Source: Eledone cirrhosa (taxonomy: Eukaryota). Taken from it: a stretch of 64,000 bases of DNA. The stretch spans positions 130,758,001-130,822,000 of the forward strand of contig OZ024745.1 in assembly GCA_964016885.1 (NCBI GenBank). The letters are read 5' to 3'. The stretch's first letter is position 1; each line of letters opens with the position of its first letter. Below, in pieces: positions 57,148 through 64,000 of this stretch. The notes beneath the pieces are model-generated. The model did not search any database, was not told the origin of the DNA, and saw only the letters and a program-made list of their open reading frames with translations. Both the position numbers and the translations under genes were made by a program.

Positions 57148-57741
57148 AAATAATAATAATACACACGGATAGACACACACAGATGGCAAGATTGCATTCC
57201 CTGTCAAAATTCTGTAATTATGGAATTTGGTAAATTTTCAAATGTTATCTGATTTTAGTCATATTTATTTTACTATCTTTTTTATTTTCGTTAAAGAGTG
57301 GTGGGGAGGTTCAGAAAATAAAACCGAATAAAACAGAGTTTTGGGGGGAATTTTTTGTGAGGCTCTTTTGTGGGGTTTTTATTTATATTTTTTTTTGGGG
57401 GGGGGGCAAAATAGAATAGTAAAATAAAATACAGATCGGAAAAATAACACAAATATCAATATTGTAGTAATTAGACTTGTTGTGGAAAATTAAGCAAAGA
57501 ACAGAAATAAAGGCAAAAATTGCTGATTAGTGAGTTTTTGAAGATGTGATAAATACCACGAATACAGACAACAACAGCCATGTTAATTGAGTTATGGCAA
57601 TCTCGATTACACGAAACTTTCTCAATGAGGAAATGAGAAAATCAATTTCTGTTGTGCAAGTAGAAAGAATATAGATTTACCCATCTTTCTATGTATACAT
57701 ACATACATATGTACGTACGTACATATAAACATACATACACA

Positions 57742-58331
57742 CATGGTGGCAGCCAACTCGTTTTCGAGTACGGCCCTACTTTATATCCATGTAGGAGAAC
57801 ACCTACCGATGAGCTGAACAAGTGTGACATTTTAGTCTAGCCAGCGACTTGAAAACTCTGGTACAAACACTACACGTGTGACAATTACCGACACATAGTG
57901 CTGGGCCCATGGTACCATGTGACGACAAGTGCAGAGATATCTCCAGATATAAAGCAATGCCTGTGCCGTGAAGCTTTTATAGTGAGCAAAGGCACTGCAC
58001 AAAGCCAGTCCCACTCTCTTAACCAAGATGATATTTACCAAAAAGAAGAATAAGTCAACATCATTGGATACCATCAGGGTTGCAGGTGTTATATCAGAGT
58101 TTTCCTTCTCCTAGAATTCTGCCTTGACAAAGGCTAAGGGTTCATCTCTCCCGGTGATTTTGGATGGCCATTGATACTTAAGAGCTCCTCTGCCCTTTGA
58201 CAGGTTTTGTTTTTAGTCCTGCAGGATGTCCAAAGTCACCCTCCTCACCAAGAAACCTTGGTGGGGTTGCCAGTTTAGTCGCCAACGACCCGACCATGAG
58301 ACAGGTTGTACTGGGATACATGTTACCAGTA
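57742..58331 (-). mobile_element. 5' region of an RTE-like LINE
   Basis: Contains GGAGAAGGAAAACTCTGAT, a motif I recall from RTE 5' UTRs; inverted partner at 59778-60201. Confidence 0.6.
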
Positions 58332-58539
58332 GCATACATACATATATACACACATACATACATACGTACATACACACATACACACATACATACATACATA
58401 CATAAATTACATACATACACACATACATACATACATACATAAAATATTTAAAGTGAATGTCATTTTATGACATACGGCAGAATACATACGTGTTTCGTTT
58501 GACCTATTTCATATACGTATATGTGTTCCAAATACATAC

Positions 58540-58640
<101 letters not shown>

Positions 58641-59031
58641 CGTTTGTGTGTGGTTGTGTGTATGTACCTATGTCATACGTATACATGATTACATTGGCAT
58701 GTAGGTAAGGTTACTAATAAATGCATATTCTAAGACGGTTTCATTTATTGATATTTTAAACTTGACACAGTTCCAAAAACGACACGATATCATTACTTAA
58801 AACTTTTATGTATATATATGTATATATAAATGTGTATATATATGTGTGTGTGTGTGTCTATGTGTGTATGCACGTATGTATATATGCATGTATGCAAGTA
58901 TATATATATTTATATATGTATATATTTATGCAAGCATATATGTATGTTTGTGTATATATAGTATTTGTGTGTGGGTATATATATATATGTATATATATAT
59001 ATGTATATATATATATGTATATATATATATG

Positions 59032-59062
<31 letters not shown>

Positions 59063-59110
59063 GTATATATATGTGGGGGGGTATATATATATGCGTGTGT
59101 TATATTATAT

Positions 59111-59301
59111 TGGCAGTATCGGTAGAGGGTCGGACGCCATGCTTTGACGCATAGAATTATGGCCCTTTACGTTCTGAGTTCAAATCCCGCCGAGGTTAAC
59201 TTTGCCTTTCATCCTTACGAGGTCGATAAAATAAAGTACCAGTAATGCACTGGGTAATTGCTGGCCTTGTGGCAAACGTAGAAACAATTATTATTATTAT
59301 T
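59111..59301 (+). mobile_element. tRNA-derived SINE
   Basis: Same family, near consensus. Confidence 0.9.
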
Positions 59302-59777
59302 CAATGAATGCGTGCATGTATGTGTTATGTATTTATGTACCAATACTTACACATATGTATACGTGTGTGTGTACGTTTGAATGTATGTATATATATATTT
59401 ATATATATATATATATATGTGTGTATGTGTGTGTGTGTGTATATGTGTGTGTGTCTATGTGTGTATGCACGTATGTATATATGCATGTATGCAAGTATAT
59501 ATATATTTATATATGTATATATTTATGCAAGCATATATATATGTTTGTGTATATAAATATATATATGTTATGTATGCAGTTATGAATGTATATATGTATG
59601 TATGTATCTGTTTATGTAAGCATATATATATATACATGTGTTCGTATGTAGACATGTTTGTTATGTATGCATGCATACATGTATGCATGTATGTATGAAT
59701 GTGCGTAAGCCTGTATGTATGTATTTGTGTATGTATGTAAGCCTGTATGTATATATGTATATATAAAGGGCAAAGAA

Positions 59778-60201
59778 GCTCTTAAGAGTCGATGGTCATC
59801 CAAAATCACCGGGAGAGATGACCCCTTAGCCTTTGTCCAGGCAGAATTCTAGGAGAAGGAAAACTCTGATATCACACCTGCAACCCTGATGATATCCAAT
59901 GATGTTGACTTGTTCTTCTTTTTGGTAAATATCATCTTGGTTAAGAGAGTGGGACTGGCTTTGTGCAGTGCCTTTGCTCACTATAAAAGCTTCACGGCAC
60001 AGGCATTGCTTTATATCTGGAGATCTCTCTGCACTTGTCGTCACATGGTACCATGGGCCCAGCACTATGTGTCAATAATTGTCACAAGTGTAGTGTTTGT
60101 ACCAGAGTTTTCAAGTCACACTCGTTCAGCGCATCGGTAGGGGTTCTCCTACAAGGATATAAAGTAGTGGCCGTACTCGAAAACGAGTTGGCAGCCACCA
60201 T
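59778..60201 (+). mobile_element. 5' region of an RTE-like LINE (second, inverted copy)
   Basis: Reverse complement of 57742-58185 with scattered mismatches. Confidence 0.65.
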
Positions 60202-61575
60202 GTATATATGTATATATGCAAGCCTGTATGTATGTTTGTATGTATCTATATATGTATATATGCAACCCGGTATGTATGTATTTGTACGTATGCATGCATG
60301 CAAGCCTGTATTTATGTATATATGTACGTATGTATGTATATATGTATATATGCAAGCCTATATGTATGTATATATGCCCGCCTGTATGTATATATATGTA
60401 TATATGCATGCAAGCCTGTATGTATATATGAATATATGCAAGCCTGTATGTATGTATATGTATATATGTATGTATATATGCAAGCCTGTATGTATGTATG
60501 TATTTGTACGTATGCATGCATGCAAGCCTGTATTTATGTATATATGTACGTATATATGTATATATGTATATATGCAAGCCTATATGTATGTATATATGCC
60601 CGCCTGTATGTATATATATGTATATATGCATGCAAGCCTGTATGTATATATGAATATATGCAAGCCTGTATGTATGTATATGTATATATGTATGTATATA
60701 TGCAAGCCTGTATGTATGTATGTATATATGTATGTATATATGCAGGCCTGTATGTATGTATATGTATATATGCAAGCCTGTATGTATGTATATATGCAAG
60801 CCTGTATGTATTTATGTATATATGCAAGCCTGTATGTATGTATATATGTACGTGTGTATATATGGATATATGCAAGCCTGTATGTATATATGTATTATAT
60901 ATGCAAGCCTGTATGTATGTGTATATGCAAGCCTGTATGTATATATGTATATATGCAAGCCTGTATGTATGTATGTATATATGCAAGCCTGTATGTATAT
61001 ATACAAGCCTGTATGTATGTATATATGTACGTGTGTATATATGGATATATGCAAGCCTGTATGTATATATGTATTATATATGCAAGCCTGTATGTATATA
61101 TGCAAGCCTGTATGTATATATGTTTATATGCAAGCCTGTATGTATGTATGTATATATGCAAGCCTGTATGTATGTATATATACAAGCCTGTATGTATGTA
61201 TGTATGTATATATACAAGCCTGTATGTATGTATATATACAAGCCTGTATGTATGTATATATGCAAGCCTGTATGTATGTGTATATATACACAATCCTGTA
61301 TGTATGTATATATACAAACCTGTATGTAATTATATATACAAGCCTGTATGTATGTATATATATATACAAGCCTGTATGTATATATATATACAAGCCTGTA
61401 TGTATGTATGTATATATACAAGTCTGTATGTATGTATGTATATATACAAGCCTATATGTATGTATGTATGTATATATACAAGCCTGTATGTATGTATGTA
61501 TATATATACAAGCCTGTATGTATGTATGTATGTATGTATGTATGTATGTATGTATGTATGTATGTATATATGTAT
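60201..61575. repeat. CAAGCCTG-(TATG)n compound minisatellite with a 222-bp higher-order duplication
   Basis: The caagcctgtatg motif recurs throughout; tttgtacgta occurs at 60281 and 60503. Confidence 0.92.
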
Positions 61576-61857
61576 ATCTGTAGTCATGCAAACAAAATAT
61601 AGGTGATGTGTCACTGATATTTTTTTCACAAATAAATAAAACATTTGTACATTTCTATATAGATTAAATAAGGTAAAAGGGGTTATGAGAAATCAGTTTC
61701 CTTTGGAGTTTCTTTATGATTGTATAGGAAAGAAATGATATTGACGGCCTAAAAAAAGGTTGTACAGGCATTACAGCAACAAAAACACTGGCAAAGAAAT
61801 GTTATAAGCGGATGACCTAAATATATGTGGCGAACATTTAACGTTTACATCGAACAA

Positions 61858-61920
<63 letters not shown>

Positions 61921-61994
61921 TGTGTGTGTGTGTATGTGTGTGTATGTGTCTGTGTGTGTGTGTATGTATATATATATATATATATATATAAGTG

Positions 61995-62027
<33 letters not shown>

Positions 62028-62034
62028 CTGTGTC

Positions 62035-62087
<53 letters not shown>

Positions 62088-62202
62088 ATATGTACGTTTG
62101 TGTAAGTTTGCGTTTATTTCTCTCTACGCTTTCTCCCTCTCTCTCCCTCTCTGCCTCTTTCTCTTTCTCTCTCTCTCTAGATATATGTATATATATATAT
62201 AT

Positions 62203-62252
<50 letters not shown>

Positions 62253-62264
62253 ATGTATGTATGT

Positions 62265-62358
<94 letters not shown>

Positions 62359-62573
62359 ATATATTTAGAGAGAGAGAGAGAAAGAGGGACTACTTTATAA
62401 ACTTTCAAGAACGAATTCGCTACCGTTAAGAAGAGGAGGCGAAGCTGTGTTATTTGAACTTTGTATGTTGCATTGTCAATGGATTCAAAGAAATATTCCG
62501 CTCATATCATTTCTAAATATGCCTTTTAAATAAATACTCATTCCGTAAAAAAATCGTAAATACCTCTACCGCC

Positions 62574-62620
<47 letters not shown>

Positions 62621-62631
62621 TCTCTCTCTCT

Positions 62632-63064
<433 letters not shown>

Positions 63065-63079
63065 TATATATATATATAT

Positions 63080-64000
63080 AAAGGTTTATATATATATATA
63101 TATAAAGTCATAAATATATATGTGTTTTGCAACGGGTCACTTTGTGGCTCAATGAAGAATTAATAAATTAAATAATCAGAGCTATATATCATAAAACATG
63201 TCTATAGAATCGCCAGATAAAATATATACCGTTTCCTCTCCCAATAAGTATAATTAACCATATAAAAAATCAATTAGACCAAGCTATAAGAATAAAGGCT
63301 CCTATGAAGAAATCTCCGACAAATAACCGAAAGTAGCCCCTTCGCGGTGGTTACGACGGATTATTTATCGAATATTTCTACAGCATGTATAAATCGACCA
63401 GATATACAGTCAACTAAACAGAATTAGGTGTAAAATAAACTAGAAGAAAGTGTACATATTTAATTACCTCTACCATGGTTTCATCCGCATTTTAAGACAT
63501 CCGATAACATTGGAAATCTAGAGCTTCGGATTCTTCAGGAAGTTAGCTCAAATTTAGACAATTAATTTTCCAAAGTGATCGCGCCAAGAATACATTCAAA
63601 AATAGCTAAGAATCGTGACGTTTCAGCGTCACGATTCTTAGCCATTTTTATATAGCTCTGATTATTAAATTTATTAATTCTTCATTGAGCCACAAAGTGA
63701 CCCGTTGCAAAACACATATATATTTATGACTTTATAAATATATATATATGTAAACCTTTATATGTAATAATCCCCCGTTAGGTTGAGATACAATTTTGGC
63801 TGTATTGGGCTGCGCTTTCTAGCAAAAAGCCTACCAGCCGTAAGCAACTAATCACATCCTTTCTAACTTGACCGCTGCCACGTCACGATTCTTAGCCATT
63901 TTTTAATGTATTCTTGGCGCGATCACTTTGGAAAATTAATTGTCTAAATTTGAGCTAACTTCCTGAAGAATCCGAAGCTCTAGATTTCCAATGTTATCGG
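63080..64000. mobile_element. Rearranged PLE-type element (family N) with two inverted pairs, running off the window end
   Basis: 63080-63188 is inverted at 63650-63760; 63501-63595 is inverted at 63906-64000. Confidence 0.75.
63466..63543 (-). ncRNA. Type I hammerhead ribozyme (family N); a second copy starts at 63958 on plus
   Basis: acttc-CTGAAGA-atccg...cggat-GAAA-ccatgg-TA-gaggt. Confidence 0.85.

Noticed and set aside
59882-59945. CTGATGA within the RTE-like 5' region
   Set aside because: No GAAA core and no stem I pairing.

Overview
AT-rich eukaryotic, non-genic-looking DNA saturated with microsatellites ((TA)n, (CA)n, (TATG)n, (GA)n, (GAA)n), with one 200-N assembly gap. The dominant tRNA-derived SINE and the repeat landscape look like an octopus (coleoid cephalopod) genome; this is inferred from repeat recognition only. 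I can support no intact protein-coding gene. Nearly all listed ORFs are translations of simple repeats. Recognisable elements are SINE copies, RTE, CR1-like, Ingi/Vingi-like and CRE-like LINE fragments, two mariner remnants and several minisatellites. The main signal is about ten unrelated repeat families that sit inside (TA)n tracts, are usually arranged as fold-back inverted repeats, and mostly carry a type I hammerhead ribozyme that I folded by hand. One family still has the C-terminus of a GIY-YIG endonuclease, which identifies it as a Penelope-like element (PLE); the other families are assigned by shared architecture. The ribozymes include a U4A core variant, a U3-A8 compensatory variant and palindromic stem III sequences suited to dimer formation. 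A separate 104-bp tandem array has one minimal hammerhead per monomer.
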